A stretch of DNA of 64,000 nt from Perkinsela sp. CCAP 1560/9 (GCA_965644495.1 CBFFSA010000007.1:62001-126000), one strand, 5' to 3'. Counted from the stretch's first letter, positions 1 to 10,699 are shown. Program-made: numbers and translations. The notes: generated by a model not told the origin, from the letters alone.

Positions 1-888
1 CCTAGTGTAGCTTCTGTCTCCCGCATCCCGCTTGGAAGAAGGTCGTCCCCAAAGTTAAAGTAGGAAAGTAATTAGGAAAGTAATACAAATAATAATAATA
101 ATAGGGGAAACGATTTTGGAAAAATATTTTTTTTTTGCCATTTTTTTCGCCAAGTTGAAATTTTTTTCCGAAAGAATCCGAACTTGGCGGACCCGTCCTG
201 CGGATACGCGGGGGAGTCACCCCCGGGTATGGGGGTGGAAAATGCGCGCCAAGACCCCGGCTACCCCTTTTGCGGTTTTCTTTTGAAAAATTATTTTTTC
301 GAAACCTGGACCCCCCCCACTGGACGCAGCGGGAGGAGGCGGCGCAACAGAGGGCGGCAGAGGTGAGTTTTTTTCTTACACTGTGACTCTGAGAGAGGAA
401 AAATCCCAGGTGCTACACCTGTTTCTTTCGCCTTGCGCGCGTGAACACTTTGGGGTACATTCAATGTCAGACGTTTCTTTCGGCAAAGTTGTTTCATCGA
501 TTCTCTGATGCGGGGTTTCTTGTTCGTCGTACCTTGTTTTTATTAACTCAACTGATTTGACCCCGTTCGCTAGTTTGTAGAGGAAAGGAGTTTTGTGGGA
601 TTATTTACTTTCGTTCTATGACCGGTCATACATTATTCATTGAGTTTATAAGTTATCAGATAGGAGAGGGGAATTAAGACTGCCTTGTTTGGTGCCTTTC
701 TTTATTACTTACAATGATGAACAATTCCATACTATGACACCCAATTATACTTACCCCGTAGAATCCCTTTGTACATTGTCCCTCGTTTGCCCCTTATTCA
801 AGCGCAAAGCGTTCTTTCCTCTCAGTTGTTTCTTCTCCTGCTATGTATCACTTCTAGAAATGCGAATTCCAAGAAATGCTTTATTTAT

Positions 889-1614
889 ATGCCAACGACT
901 AGTCCGTTGACTCGTTATTTTTGTGAGCGACGAGGTCACACTATTTTTCCTTTGCAACGAACTGGAACACATTCAACGAAGCGTACGGTAAAATATCAAC
1001 GCAATCCGAGGGCGGGGCAGAATGCGAACTACAGCGACATACGAGAAGCTTATGGAAAGTGGATTTTCTTTGCGTCTGCGGAAGGTGACACAGAAAGTGA
1101 CAGTAAAATACGTATTGCTCTGGACCGATTTATAGAAAAACTAGGAACACCTCGAAGAAAGGCACGTACCGTCGAAACTTATGAGGCGCTTCAACAACTC
1201 GGCGAAGAACTGCACTATTCCTTTAGGATGACATGTTGGTTAATTACACTGTTCTCCACGATTCCAATATTTTATTATCTATGGAAACATAACGTTTCGG
1301 TCAGAGACTTGTGCCCTGTAGAGAGTGGCTACTTTGACCGAATACCGAACCTTGCGTACACCACCTCAACTACTATACTAAATCTGACAGAGAGTTCTTT
1401 TTGCAAGAGAATTATTCAGCTTCTTTTATTTTTAGCATGGGTGGAGCTGTCGAATAGGGGACGGTATCGCTTCTACATTCATATCCTATCAAGACTTTGG
1501 AGGCGAAACAACTGGGTAGGGGGAGTGAAACCGAGTCTATTATGCCGGTTCGATGATCGGATGGATTATCTTTTAGGACGGACACCGCGAAATAGGAAAT
1601 GTACACTCCTTTGA
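889..1614 (+). CDS. hypothetical protein, possibly membrane-associated
   Basis: Open frame 769..1614 with first ATG at 889 (MPTT...). Two hydrophobic stretches (WLITLFSTIPIFYYLW, IIQLLLFLAWVEL). On the same strand as all other genes. No family recognised. Confidence 0.5.
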   Translation: MPTTSPLTRYFCERRGHTIFPLQRTGTHSTKRTVKYQRNPRAGQNANYSDIREAYGKWIFFASAEGDTESDSKIRIALDRFIEKLGTPRRKARTVETYEALQQLGEELHYSFRMTCWLITLFSTIPIFYYLWKHNVSVRDLCPVESGYFDRIPNLAYTTSTTILNLTESSFCKRIIQLLLFLAWVELSNRGRYRFYIHILSRLWRRNNWVGGVKPSLLCRFDDRMDYLLGRTPRNRKCTLL

Positions 1615-2352
1615 AGACGCGACTCACTGATTTCAGTCCACATTGTGCGGACATCGAAGAGCCCGTACAACACTTTCTTGTAAGTTTCTTTAGCGCACTT
1701 TCTTGGAAACTGTGCTACAAGCCAACCCAGTTCTTCTTTTTTGACCCCCCCCCCCCCCATAAATGTTTTCTTAATTTCCGTAGCCCCCCAGTAGAGGAGG
1801 TTTGACCTTTTAACGGTTGAATCCCTGTAAGTGTGTTCCTGAGTAGGCTGCGCGGGAGGGGGTGACCTAGCGTGCGGGGATGACTGAACAGGCGGGGATG
1901 GCTAGGCGAGCGGTGGTGTGCAATACAAATGAAAAAAGAATTCAGGAGGCACACAAAAATTTTCAAAAAGAAAACTTTTTTTCACTTATTTTTCATTGAT
2001 CTTTCCTCTCCCAAAAAGAAAAAGAAATATTGTTTGCGCAATTTCACGCTCTTTGCCGATCTGTAGTATTGGCTTGGGTTTTCCCCTTAGTTACGGACTC
2101 TGTGACGAGAATACCTCGTTGGATCAATGGGAGAGTACGGAGCGCTTCCTTGAAGAAGCTCAATAGATTTTTTTCCCAATGTGAAGCATATGCCCAAATT
2201 CCCGTTTTCTATGAGTTTCAGAGAAATAGGTGCGATCGATCCTAAAGAAGGGCTTTCTTTATGTGTTTTTCGTTCATTGTTGTGCTGATCGTAGACTGAA
2301 ATGGACCTCGTAGAACTGAAAATACGGGTAGAAGAAAATAAGGAAATAATAA

Positions 2353-2650
2353 ATGGCAATAAGGGTGGCCATCCAGAAGGGCAATTCCCAGATTATTCAG
2401 GCGGCGGTACAAGATTGGTACCGTCGCGGTGTTAAGGGGCCTAGGGGGGGGCACACCTATTGGAAAGAATGATCCGGGAACGAAACCATCAAGCTCCCAC
2501 TTGCACCCGCCACAAGGAGGCGGGGTTGCATGCGAATGACCCGTCGGGTGTTTTCGCCATTTGGTGGTGGCCATGAGGGTAGTCATCCGAAGCGGCAATG
2601 CGCAGATGATTCAGGCCGTAGAACTAGGGTGGTGGCCTAGCGGAGTCCTG
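2353..2650 (+). mobile_element. two tandem degenerate 3'-end fragments of a CRE/SLACS-like non-LTR retrotransposon
   Basis: 2353 onward translates MAIRVAIQKGNSQIIQAAVQDWYRRGV. About 2545 onward translates VGCFRHLVVAMRVVIRSGNAQMIQAV. Both match the C-terminus encoded at 31810-31918 (GCLSHLLMAMGVAIQKGNAQIVQAAVQDWYRRGVR). Confidence 0.8.
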
Positions 2651-2887
2651 GTATCTGCGTCTAGAGGTTATCAAAAAAGAATGAAAGAGTAAACTAAAAA
2701 GAATACTGTGCCCCACTTTTATATACCCCAGTCAGCCCCCCCCCCCCTTAATCGAGACAAAGATAATTTGATTATTCATTTGATTCTCAACAGAAGAATA
2801 GTTTTTTCGTATTTTTTCTCTAGTTAGCGTTTTCGTGACCTACATGAATAATATCTGGAACAATGTATATAAGTTGTGAAAACGTGC

Positions 2888-4990
2888 ATGCGGCAAATTA
2901 TTACATTCATGAGAAAGTTAGCGTCCGGACTAACCTTTTCTCCTTGCACTACGCATACTCAAAATCGTCGGTATTACGCTTCCGATGATAGCGAAGAAGG
3001 CCAACTACGTGGAGAACGTAATTCATTGATATATTTACAACGTTATGTCGAGAGGAGCGTGAAGAGCATTTGCTTGCTTCGTCTAAATTACGAAAAAAAA
3101 CTAGACGACGAAGAGAAGCATACCGATAGATTGCTGAGCACATTTCCCACATATTTCGAGAAAATTTATATTCGAAAGTCGTACCTATTCGTGAGGAACT
3201 GCATAAGCCCATTGCTCCAATTCTCTTTTGATGTTTCTTCGACGAGGTCGAAACAAAACATGTCGCATAATTTTGTTCTAGTTAGATCGGTTTTATCGGT
3301 CAAATCACTTGTCGACATCTTGGAATCGTTCTCCTACTTCTATTCTAAGGGCGTCTACTATGATTCGGATGCGTTGAAACACCTTGTTGAAACGCAAAAA
3401 GAAAGCAATTCGAAAACATTTTACCTTCTAATTCCCACGTTGCAGACACCATCTTTTCAAGCTCTTATAGCCATCTTCGCTTTGTATGTGGAAACAGAGC
3501 TCGAAAAATTGCGATTAGACTATGTAGCTCACGTACGTATTTTGCACGCCTTTGCAAAGCTTCAAGTCTCTTCCGACCAGCGAATAATGCACATCCTATT
3601 ACAAAGAAGTTTGTCACCCTTCTTTGACGCAACGCCAACGGAGGACTATCGAGCCTATTTGAAGTATATTCCTTTTATATTGTCTTCCATGGAAACTGTT
3701 TCTTTGTATCACCAGAAGGCTTGCACCCTCTTCCCTCACATCCTGAGCCAATCGAATACGGAGAATAAAATGACAACTGCCGAAATTGCCTCTTGCCTCA
3801 CTTCGTTCTATAAGCTCCGCGTTTTCCACGAAGGAATTGGCAGTACTCTTTTACATCTTGCTCGTCGTTCGGATGCCGAAAAAGAGCAAACGAGTGAAAG
3901 CCGACTACAAGCAAATACGGTTGACTTTACCTTTTCCGGTATTTTTCTGCATTGGAACGCTTTAGACTTTGTTCTTGACGTCCTTGAAAAGTATGCCGGA
4001 CACAAAACGCTCATGCCTCGCAGATGCTTTATTGAAATCATGTTCCGTGTGTTGCTTGGGATTGAAACCCTGCAGCCGAAGTCACTGGTAAAAATATACC
4101 GACTCTTGTCGTTCAGAGACGAAGCGAGTTTGCTTCATCCACGCAAGTCCAAGGAAGGGACGAAAAACAGCTGCGGGGAACAGCAGGAAACTGAACGAAG
4201 CAATGTAAATAAAAATGACAATCCCGGGAAGTTAAATAGACATGACCTTTTGGATGAAGCACTGCGGTTGTGCAATGTTAGATTCATGAAACAAATTTCA
4301 AAGCTATCGTTGAACGATATTGTTCGGGTGCTTCGCTCGCTGTGTGCTGAGGGTATGGGAATCGAGACACCAGCGATGGCGGAGGTCATTGTGTGCCATA
4401 TTAAGAGATGTTACGGTATGCGGGAAATAGACAAGAAGAGCACGCTGCCGAGACATTTGCCTACGAATCAACTAAGTTGTACGGAGTCATGGAAACCGAA
4501 CATTGTGGAGAATAGTTCCGAGCCTTGTAGCTTGATAGCAGCTGCACGAACGCCGTTCCTCGTGTCATCAAAACGCGTGGAAGAAGAGATCAGCGCCGAG
4601 CTTCTCAGTTTAATGCCCAGAATAGAATTTAGGCTTCAACAACTTTCCGCGATTCGAACCGAAAAACCACTAGCTGAAGCTTCCCTGCTTTGTGGCATTG
4701 CACGTAGTATTCTTCCAAAAGCGCTGCGGGGTGAGATGAGTTGGGAGACCGTACTAAAGCTGCGACGCGCATTTGCAGACTTCCCTGCCCTTGCCGAAGG
4801 CGTTCCGAAACTGTGGAATCTGGTGAGGCGTGAGGCACCTGGCCGTATTCGTAGAAAAACACGGAAACTCTACCGAACGCAGATGGGGACGGGGAAAAGT
4901 TCTTGCTTAGCTCAGAAGCTTTTGCCTCGGTCAGAATACGGAAAACGGAAAGCGGCAGCAGGTAAGATATCCGCACGGATTTCGGGCTAG
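2888..4990 (+). CDS. hypothetical protein (~700 aa), probably mitochondrial and alpha-helical
   Basis: Long uninterrupted ORF. Basic/hydroxylated N-terminus ending RRYYAS resembles a presequence. Helical segments such as ILHAFAKL and IASCLTSFYKL loosely resemble HPR/FAST-type repeats. Family not established. Confidence 0.6.
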   Translation: MRQIITFMRKLASGLTFSPCTTHTQNRRYYASDDSEEGQLRGERNSLIYLQRYVERSVKSICLLRLNYEKKLDDEEKHTDRLLSTFPTYFEKIYIRKSYLFVRNCISPLLQFSFDVSSTRSKQNMSHNFVLVRSVLSVKSLVDILESFSYFYSKGVYYDSDALKHLVETQKESNSKTFYLLIPTLQTPSFQALIAIFALYVETELEKLRLDYVAHVRILHAFAKLQVSSDQRIMHILLQRSLSPFFDATPTEDYRAYLKYIPFILSSMETVSLYHQKACTLFPHILSQSNTENKMTTAEIASCLTSFYKLRVFHEGIGSTLLHLARRSDAEKEQTSESRLQANTVDFTFSGIFLHWNALDFVLDVLEKYAGHKTLMPRRCFIEIMFRVLLGIETLQPKSLVKIYRLLSFRDEASLLHPRKSKEGTKNSCGEQQETERSNVNKNDNPGKLNRHDLLDEALRLCNVRFMKQISKLSLNDIVRVLRSLCAEGMGIETPAMAEVIVCHIKRCYGMREIDKKSTLPRHLPTNQLSCTESWKPNIVENSSEPCSLIAAARTPFLVSSKRVEEEISAELLSLMPRIEFRLQQLSAIRTEKPLAEASLLCGIARSILPKALRGEMSWETVLKLRRAFADFPALAEGVPKLWNLVRREAPGRIRRKTRKLYRTQMGTGKSSCLAQKLLPRSEYGKRKAAAGKISARISG

Positions 4991-5124
4991 TTCTGCCCCG
5001 TTTCTGGTAGTTATTTATCCATTATGTCAATTATAGTACTAACGCAAGGATTTTGTGATTTGAACGATTTACAACAGACGCATTATTCGTAAACCTTTTG
5101 TTTTCTCTAAATCGTATTTCAGTA

Positions 5125-6954
5125 ATGCAGTCCTATGCCGGCAGCATACGGGTATTTATTAAAGACATCCCCAAAGGCACGACGTTTCACGAATTGCGCG
5201 AGCTTCTGCGGGAGGGAACAGTGGGTACGCGGGAAATCATCTTAAGTGAAGCCAGCGACTCGGACTTATTTGTGTACGCGTTGGTGCGGTACGAAAGCTG
5301 GGAGTGCGCAACGGATGCCGTGCGACGAAATTTAACCCTCCACGGATCAACGTTAAAGGTTTGTGTAATCGACGATCCTCGATCACATGCGATGAGGTTT
5401 AAGGGGAAGTTGACTCCTAATCCAGAGCTGTCGTACTCGCGGACCGTATGCGTCGATGGCACCGATGTGGAGAAAGAGGATCTCGCCCATACCATGGGGC
5501 TACAGGAGGCACTTCGAGGGTACGCCCCGTTTGTTTGGTGTGAGTACACACTGCAGCATCACGATTGTCCGTTCGGCACGCGATGTCGTTTTCTTCACTT
5601 GAGGGAACATCAGCGCACGGTGCATTCACACGAAAGTGCGAATAAGGGGCACCGGATTCTTCTTTTACCCAAGATAGCGCACAAGCACGTCCACGTCCTG
5701 AGGGACGGAATTCTCCAGAAAGAAAAATTGGATGATGAGGACGTTGCCAGAGTTTCACCGCCTGAAACAGAGAATTCTGCATTGAGTCGAGACGATACAG
5801 TTCCATTCACCATTTGCAGGTGTTCGGATAACAACCCTTCGAGCCTCTTCGACGGCAACCTTGTCATGTTGGCCCAACGCATGAACACCTTTGTGTTGGA
5901 ACACTACCGAAACACCCCGCACGAATCTTCCCCCGCGTTGGCGGATCTCATCACGCATGCACCCAAAAACGAGAAATGGAACCTTATGTTTCAGTTCCTT
6001 ATCACGCAAGCCCTCGCGCACGACCCCCCGTGGCAACCGTGCACCACCTGCACCCCCCTCCCCCCTCCCCCGCCCCCCTCCCCCGTCCCCCCCGGTCGTA
6101 TCGCCCCCCACCACACCTACACCCTCCACGCCCACCTGGCGGTTAACGACGCCGGATCCCCCTGCGGGGTTCACTCCTGGACCCTGGAGCCGTTCTACCC
6201 CTTTGTGTGTTACGCTACGCACTCGACTTCGAAGGGCTCTACTCCTCCTTCCTATGCGGACTCTTCTCGAATCCACAGCCCCCCTCTCCCGGTGGTATGT
6301 GACCTCCTGATTCCCTACGCCCGGGAACGGGTCCAGGAGCTGCTGGAGGCCTCGGGGAGCGGAGTCCCCCGTCTCGGGACGACCACGACGACGACCCCTT
6401 CCCTCTCCCTGTGTCTCGGGATCGAGGAGAGGACACGGGAGGGGGAGGGGGAGGGGGAGGGGGAAAAGACAAAGGCAATGGCAGAGGAAAGGGCAGAGGA
6501 AATGACAAAGGCAGAGGAAAAGACAAAGGCAGAGGAAAAGGCAATGGCAGAGGAAAAGGCAATGGCAGAGGAAAAGGCAATGGCAGAGGAAAAGGCAAAG
6601 GAAAAGACAAAGGCAAAGAAAAAGACAATAGCAGAGGAAAAGACAAAGGCAGAGGAAAATGCAATGGCAGAGGAAAAGGCAATGGCAGAGGAAAAGACGA
6701 AGACAACGACAACGGCCTACGTGACGCACTTGTTTGCGATCGCGTGGGGGGACACGGGGGTGGGGTCGTCATGGGGCTCACGGGACGCTCATGGGGACCA
6801 CACCTCGGACGCTCTCCCTTTCCCGTGGATGGCGCCCCACGTGTATGATAATGTCACGGTGTATACGGTGGAGAGGGTGCCGTCGTGTGGGGAGATGGCA
6901 CGACGGGCCCCGGCACGGTGGGTGGGGTTTGTGAGAGAGTATGGGGGGTTGTAA
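5125..6954 (+). CDS. RRM and CCCH zinc-finger RNA-binding protein with low-complexity C-terminal half
   Basis: RNP2-like VFIKDIP, RNP1-like YALVRY, and CCCH finger CEYTLQHHDCPFGTRCRFLH. First ATG at 5125. Confidence 0.75.
   Translation: MQSYAGSIRVFIKDIPKGTTFHELRELLREGTVGTREIILSEASDSDLFVYALVRYESWECATDAVRRNLTLHGSTLKVCVIDDPRSHAMRFKGKLTPNPELSYSRTVCVDGTDVEKEDLAHTMGLQEALRGYAPFVWCEYTLQHHDCPFGTRCRFLHLREHQRTVHSHESANKGHRILLLPKIAHKHVHVLRDGILQKEKLDDEDVARVSPPETENSALSRDDTVPFTICRCSDNNPSSLFDGNLVMLAQRMNTFVLEHYRNTPHESSPALADLITHAPKNEKWNLMFQFLITQALAHDPPWQPCTTCTPLPPPPPPSPVPPGRIAPHHTYTLHAHLAVNDAGSPCGVHSWTLEPFYPFVCYATHSTSKGSTPPSYADSSRIHSPPLPVVCDLLIPYARERVQELLEASGSGVPRLGTTTTTTPSLSLCLGIEERTREGEGEGEGEKTKAMAEERAEEMTKAEEKTKAEEKAMAEEKAMAEEKAMAEEKAKEKTKAKKKTIAEEKTKAEENAMAEEKAMAEEKTKTTTTAYVTHLFAIAWGDTGVGSSWGSRDAHGDHTSDALPFPWMAPHVYDNVTVYTVERVPSCGEMARRAPARWVGFVREYGGL
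6466..6700 (+). repeat. coding 18-bp tandem repeat (GCAATGGCAGAGGAAAAG and variants; AMAEEK/TKAEEK)
   Basis: About 12-13 imperfect in-frame units visible directly, preceded by (GGGGAG)n encoding GEGEGE. Confidence 0.95.
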
Positions 6955-7006
6955 CATATGGGAATATGGGGGGTGTAGGATAGTACTGTGACCCCCTACC
7001 CCCTTT

Positions 7007-7053
7007 ATACTTTGCTGGTCATCATCATCATCATCATCATACTTTGCTGGTCA
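7007..7053. repeat. (ATC)n microsatellite bracketed by direct repeat ATACTTTGCTGGTCA
   Basis: Visible directly in the sequence. Confidence 0.9.
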
Positions 7054-8110
7054 GAGCCAGTAGTAACCAAGTAAATGGCGAAGTATAGAGGGAGGGGGTC
7101 ACAGTATAGGAATAGAAGTAGCGTGCGGTGAATAACGATAATAGGCTCCCCCCGTTCTTGAGGTTTGAATCCGGCGATTACGGGAGAGGCTGGAGAGGCT
7201 TCGAGGGGTAGGGAGTACCATGGCGGCATGGATCCCTTTTTGGAGTGAGGTTTATTCAATACAGAATCATATTTAGATCTGCAGAGGTAAATTTCTACCT
7301 ATGCTACGGTCGCATACGTTTTTTCAGTGCACCTCTTTTGTAGAAAAAAGGGTTTTATGGCGTTCTCATGTAAGGCACCCTGTAGTGTTTGAAGTTTTCG
7401 TGTAAATGGGGGTCCACGGTGAGGGGGTGAATAGCGCCGTCGAAGTGGTGTGGAGGAAAGGCTCCGGTGCGAAGGCGTATCGGAATGCGAGGCTGTTCCT
7501 CAGAAACAGGAGGCTCGTACTCTGGCCGTTGGAATTCTGGAAGTGAAGAAGACGGAAGCGAAGGGTTCTGTGACCTCTCATTGGGTCAGCATTCAATGAC
7601 CTTGATGCCGTTTCACGTCGTACCCTTTTAACTTATGCTTTAAAGTTTTGAGCATTGTACAGTAGACCCCCAGTAGGAGAGATTTCGCTCGGGGGTGGGG
7701 GTAGCAGGCTGGGGAGGCTAGGCGGGTGTGAGTGGGGATTAGGCGGGACTGGGGGTGTCCGGGTAGTCGGGGAGTGGCTCTGCTAGGCTGTACTTATAGA
7801 AAGGGACGATTGTAATGTACCGTATATCCCTCCCCCGCTATCGGAGATTTCGCTCGGGGAGGGGGGAGGCTGAGAGGACGGCGGTGGCTGGACAGGTGAG
7901 GATGGCTGGGAGGGGTGAGGGTACTTGAGAGAGTCTACATCATTTTGGAAAGTACGTACCTTGTAGCGTAGAAAGTGAGTTGGACTTGTAGGTTCTGTAG
8001 GGGGAGATAGAGTAGGAGATTCTACGTGCGTAGGTTTCAATCCACAGTGTTTGCACGTCATGCTCATTCTTGTTATTCATTGTTTTGTTATATTGTTTTA
8101 TGCTTCCTTC

Positions 8111-10699
8111 ATGGACGTGAACGCATTTCACAGGTTAGAGGCGGAGGTTAAATCACAGATGCGGTTAATTTTCGACTGCACTCGAGATGCGCTTGCGGCG
8201 ATCCAGCGCCTTGCAAAGGCGACAGAAAAGCGGCAGCCTTCTACATCAGACTCCACAAGGCTCATTGAGTTGCCGGAAGAAATGATCGCTGAGAGGGAGT
8301 CCGTACGTAAAGTGTCCACGCTTCACTTTTTAGCTATCCGGGAGCAACTTTTTAGTGTAATGTTTGTGAATTTTCAGAAATCTATGAATGAAAGCTTTAA
8401 CACCTATTTGGAAGCTACAGAGAGATTGAAAACAATTTCGCCTAAAAATGAGGACCTAAGCGTTGCGCAAAGGCGTGCTTACTGCGAGGATACCCTTATC
8501 AACTTTCATCGGCATCGTGCCGTTCTGCTTTGTCAGCATTTTGGGAAATTACATCCTGTTGTGATCTTGCTTCCCTTTCGAAGACGTACGAGAGGTTCAC
8601 CTGAAGGGGGCTCTGTTCACGTTGTAAACACCGACGAGAGTCCGCATAGCCTAGCAGACTCTGTAAAATCGTACGAGAAGATTGCCGCGCGTTTTCTAGA
8701 AATGGGTGCCATAGTTACCGCAGTGACGTCTACGGCTATGCCTTGCATACGGCTGCGAGATTTAGACTACAATCGGTTGTGCCAAAAAGCGGAAGCGAAC
8801 GAGCCGTCCACTGCTCATTCCCCGCTTTCTGCGAGCTCCTGGCACCCCAGTTGTAATATTCTTGTAGACAGTGTGTGGGCGGAGGAATGTTTACGAGAAA
8901 ACACCCTGCTGGAGCTCGACACTCAGCGGTACCATATCCAACGCTGTGAGTCTCAGATTACTTCTTCCCCCAAACGAGACAATCCAACGGCAAGCTCTCC
9001 TCCCAAAGAAGAAGAGAAAAATGTTCCCGAAGAGTCACTCGACACCGACCACCGAGAATGGGAACTGGAAGAAGCCGTTTTGCGTCTCGAACAGCAAATT
9101 GAGAACTTATCCACCCCGTGCGAAGCTCCGCAACACGAAATGTCCGATTCCCACGATAGTACCCGTATTCCTCAAAACAAAAGACCACGTCTACGCTCCT
9201 TCCCGGTTTCCAAATCACACAGTACACGACCCCTTCCCCCCAAACCTTTAACAACGTTAAATCTTGATCTCCTTCCCCGATCCCTCCCCGAACCCCCTTC
9301 GTTCGAGGAGGACGTCTCATCCCGTATTGTTCTCACCGCGATTGGGGAGTCCCAAGTCGTTCACTTTAACCATTACGAGAACACCCACCCTAACCCTAAA
9401 AAACAAGAACAACAACACAATGTCGATGAGTTGGATCGGACACCGATATCCCATCCAAGACAGTTAGATAAACAAGAAAAACAATATGATGTCGATGATT
9501 CGGAGCGTACATCCATAGTGAACAAGAATGACAATAAGAAAGAAAAACAACATGCCGATGACAATGTTGTGGGTACCTCCATGGGGAATGACAACCATAA
9601 AAAAGAAAAACAACTTATCGACGACCATGTTGCGGGTACATCCATAATGAATAACCGTAAAAAACAACAACACGCCGATGACAGTGTTGTGGATACGTCC
9701 TCAATGAACCATAACGATAAAAACCAACAGCAGCATGCCGACGACAGTGTTGTGGCTACATCCATAAAAAACAAACCACAAGAACAACCACAACCACATG
9801 CCAACGACGTTGTTGTTAGTAAATCCACAATGAATAACAACAGCAGCAATAACAGCAAACAGCATCTCCCCCCTCCCCCCGCCTTCCAGTTCACCTCCTC
9901 CTCCCCCCGCGGCTCTCTCCTCGACATCATCGCCGCACTCCACGCAGAGTTCGATGTCAGCCCGCAGTACAGCGGCACCGCATCCCACCTGGTGGTACCC
10001 GACGACGAGAGGGGAGAAGTAAATAAAAAGAATAGGAATCATAGGAATCATGAGTGTAAGAATACAAACGAAGGGACAGGACACGACAGGAGGGGACTCA
10101 AGGCTCGGGCAGGGCCGTACACGAGCCCCCGGGTCGACAAGCTGCTGGCGTTTGCCCTCGCCGGGAAGCCTGTGGTCACGGAGGGGTTTCTCTGGGCCGC
10201 TAAACGCGCGGGGGAGTGGGGAGACCCCGAGACTTTTCGGTGGTTCGCAAAAGGAAGTTTAGCCGAGGCGGTACAAACCCACGGGGTTCGACTGTTTCGC
10301 GGGGCCCGGGTGGGGGTGCGGGGGGAGGGGGGTGGGGAGAACAGGACCGGGTTTCTCAAAACCCTGTGTAGGGAGGCGGGGGCGACGGCGGTGTGGGGAT
10401 GCGGGGAGAAAGGGGTGGATTGGGCAGGGCTCACCCATGTGGTGTATGAACCGGAGGGGGAGGACGAGGAAGGTGCCAACAAGACGAGGATTACGATTCA
10501 CACGGGACTGGAGTCTGAGGAGGAGAAGAAAAGGCTGAATGCGCAGGTGCAACGTGTTCCGCTTTCCTATGTCGCGAGTCTTCTCACCAAGCCGGTGCGA
10601 CCCGATCGTGTGGAGGCTTGTGCAGCGGACCAGGGGGTGGGACCCATTTCGAAATTAGTGAATTTTACCCGTTTTCGGTCTCAAGTTTTGTTCAAATAG
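8111..10699 (+). CDS. BRCT-domain protein (one N-terminal-half BRCT plus C-terminal tandem BRCT)
   Basis: ILVDSVWAEECL (BRCT Trp helix). SHLVV...RVDKLLAFALAGKPVVTEGFLWAAKRAGEW followed by LFRGARV...LKTLCREAGA...THVV. Start may be ATG 8060 or 8111. Confidence 0.75.
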   Translation: MDVNAFHRLEAEVKSQMRLIFDCTRDALAAIQRLAKATEKRQPSTSDSTRLIELPEEMIAERESVRKVSTLHFLAIREQLFSVMFVNFQKSMNESFNTYLEATERLKTISPKNEDLSVAQRRAYCEDTLINFHRHRAVLLCQHFGKLHPVVILLPFRRRTRGSPEGGSVHVVNTDESPHSLADSVKSYEKIAARFLEMGAIVTAVTSTAMPCIRLRDLDYNRLCQKAEANEPSTAHSPLSASSWHPSCNILVDSVWAEECLRENTLLELDTQRYHIQRCESQITSSPKRDNPTASSPPKEEEKNVPEESLDTDHREWELEEAVLRLEQQIENLSTPCEAPQHEMSDSHDSTRIPQNKRPRLRSFPVSKSHSTRPLPPKPLTTLNLDLLPRSLPEPPSFEEDVSSRIVLTAIGESQVVHFNHYENTHPNPKKQEQQHNVDELDRTPISHPRQLDKQEKQYDVDDSERTSIVNKNDNKKEKQHADDNVVGTSMGNDNHKKEKQLIDDHVAGTSIMNNRKKQQHADDSVVDTSSMNHNDKNQQQHADDSVVATSIKNKPQEQPQPHANDVVVSKSTMNNNSSNNSKQHLPPPPAFQFTSSSPRGSLLDIIAALHAEFDVSPQYSGTASHLVVPDDERGEVNKKNRNHRNHECKNTNEGTGHDRRGLKARAGPYTSPRVDKLLAFALAGKPVVTEGFLWAAKRAGEWGDPETFRWFAKGSLAEAVQTHGVRLFRGARVGVRGEGGGENRTGFLKTLCREAGATAVWGCGEKGVDWAGLTHVVYEPEGEDEEGANKTRITIHTGLESEEEKKRLNAQVQRVPLSYVASLLTKPVRPDRVEACAADQGVGPISKLVNFTRFRSQVLFK
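9400..9830 (+). repeat. degenerate coding minisatellite of ~20-23 codons (QHADDSVVxTS...)
   Basis: About 7 imperfect units: HNVDELDRT, YDVDDSERTS, HADDNVVGTS, LIDDHVAGTS, HADDSVVDTS, HADDSVVATS, HANDVVVSKS. Confidence 0.85.

Noticed and set aside
5755-6848. Cys/Leu-rich, Pro/Leu-rich and Gly/Lys-rich alternative-frame ORFs
   Set aside because: These are shadows of the 18-bp tandem repeat and skewed composition within the RRM/CCCH gene.
7162-7176. tRNA T-arm-like GGTTTGAATCC
   Set aside because: No cloverleaf, acceptor stem or D-arm could be built around it.
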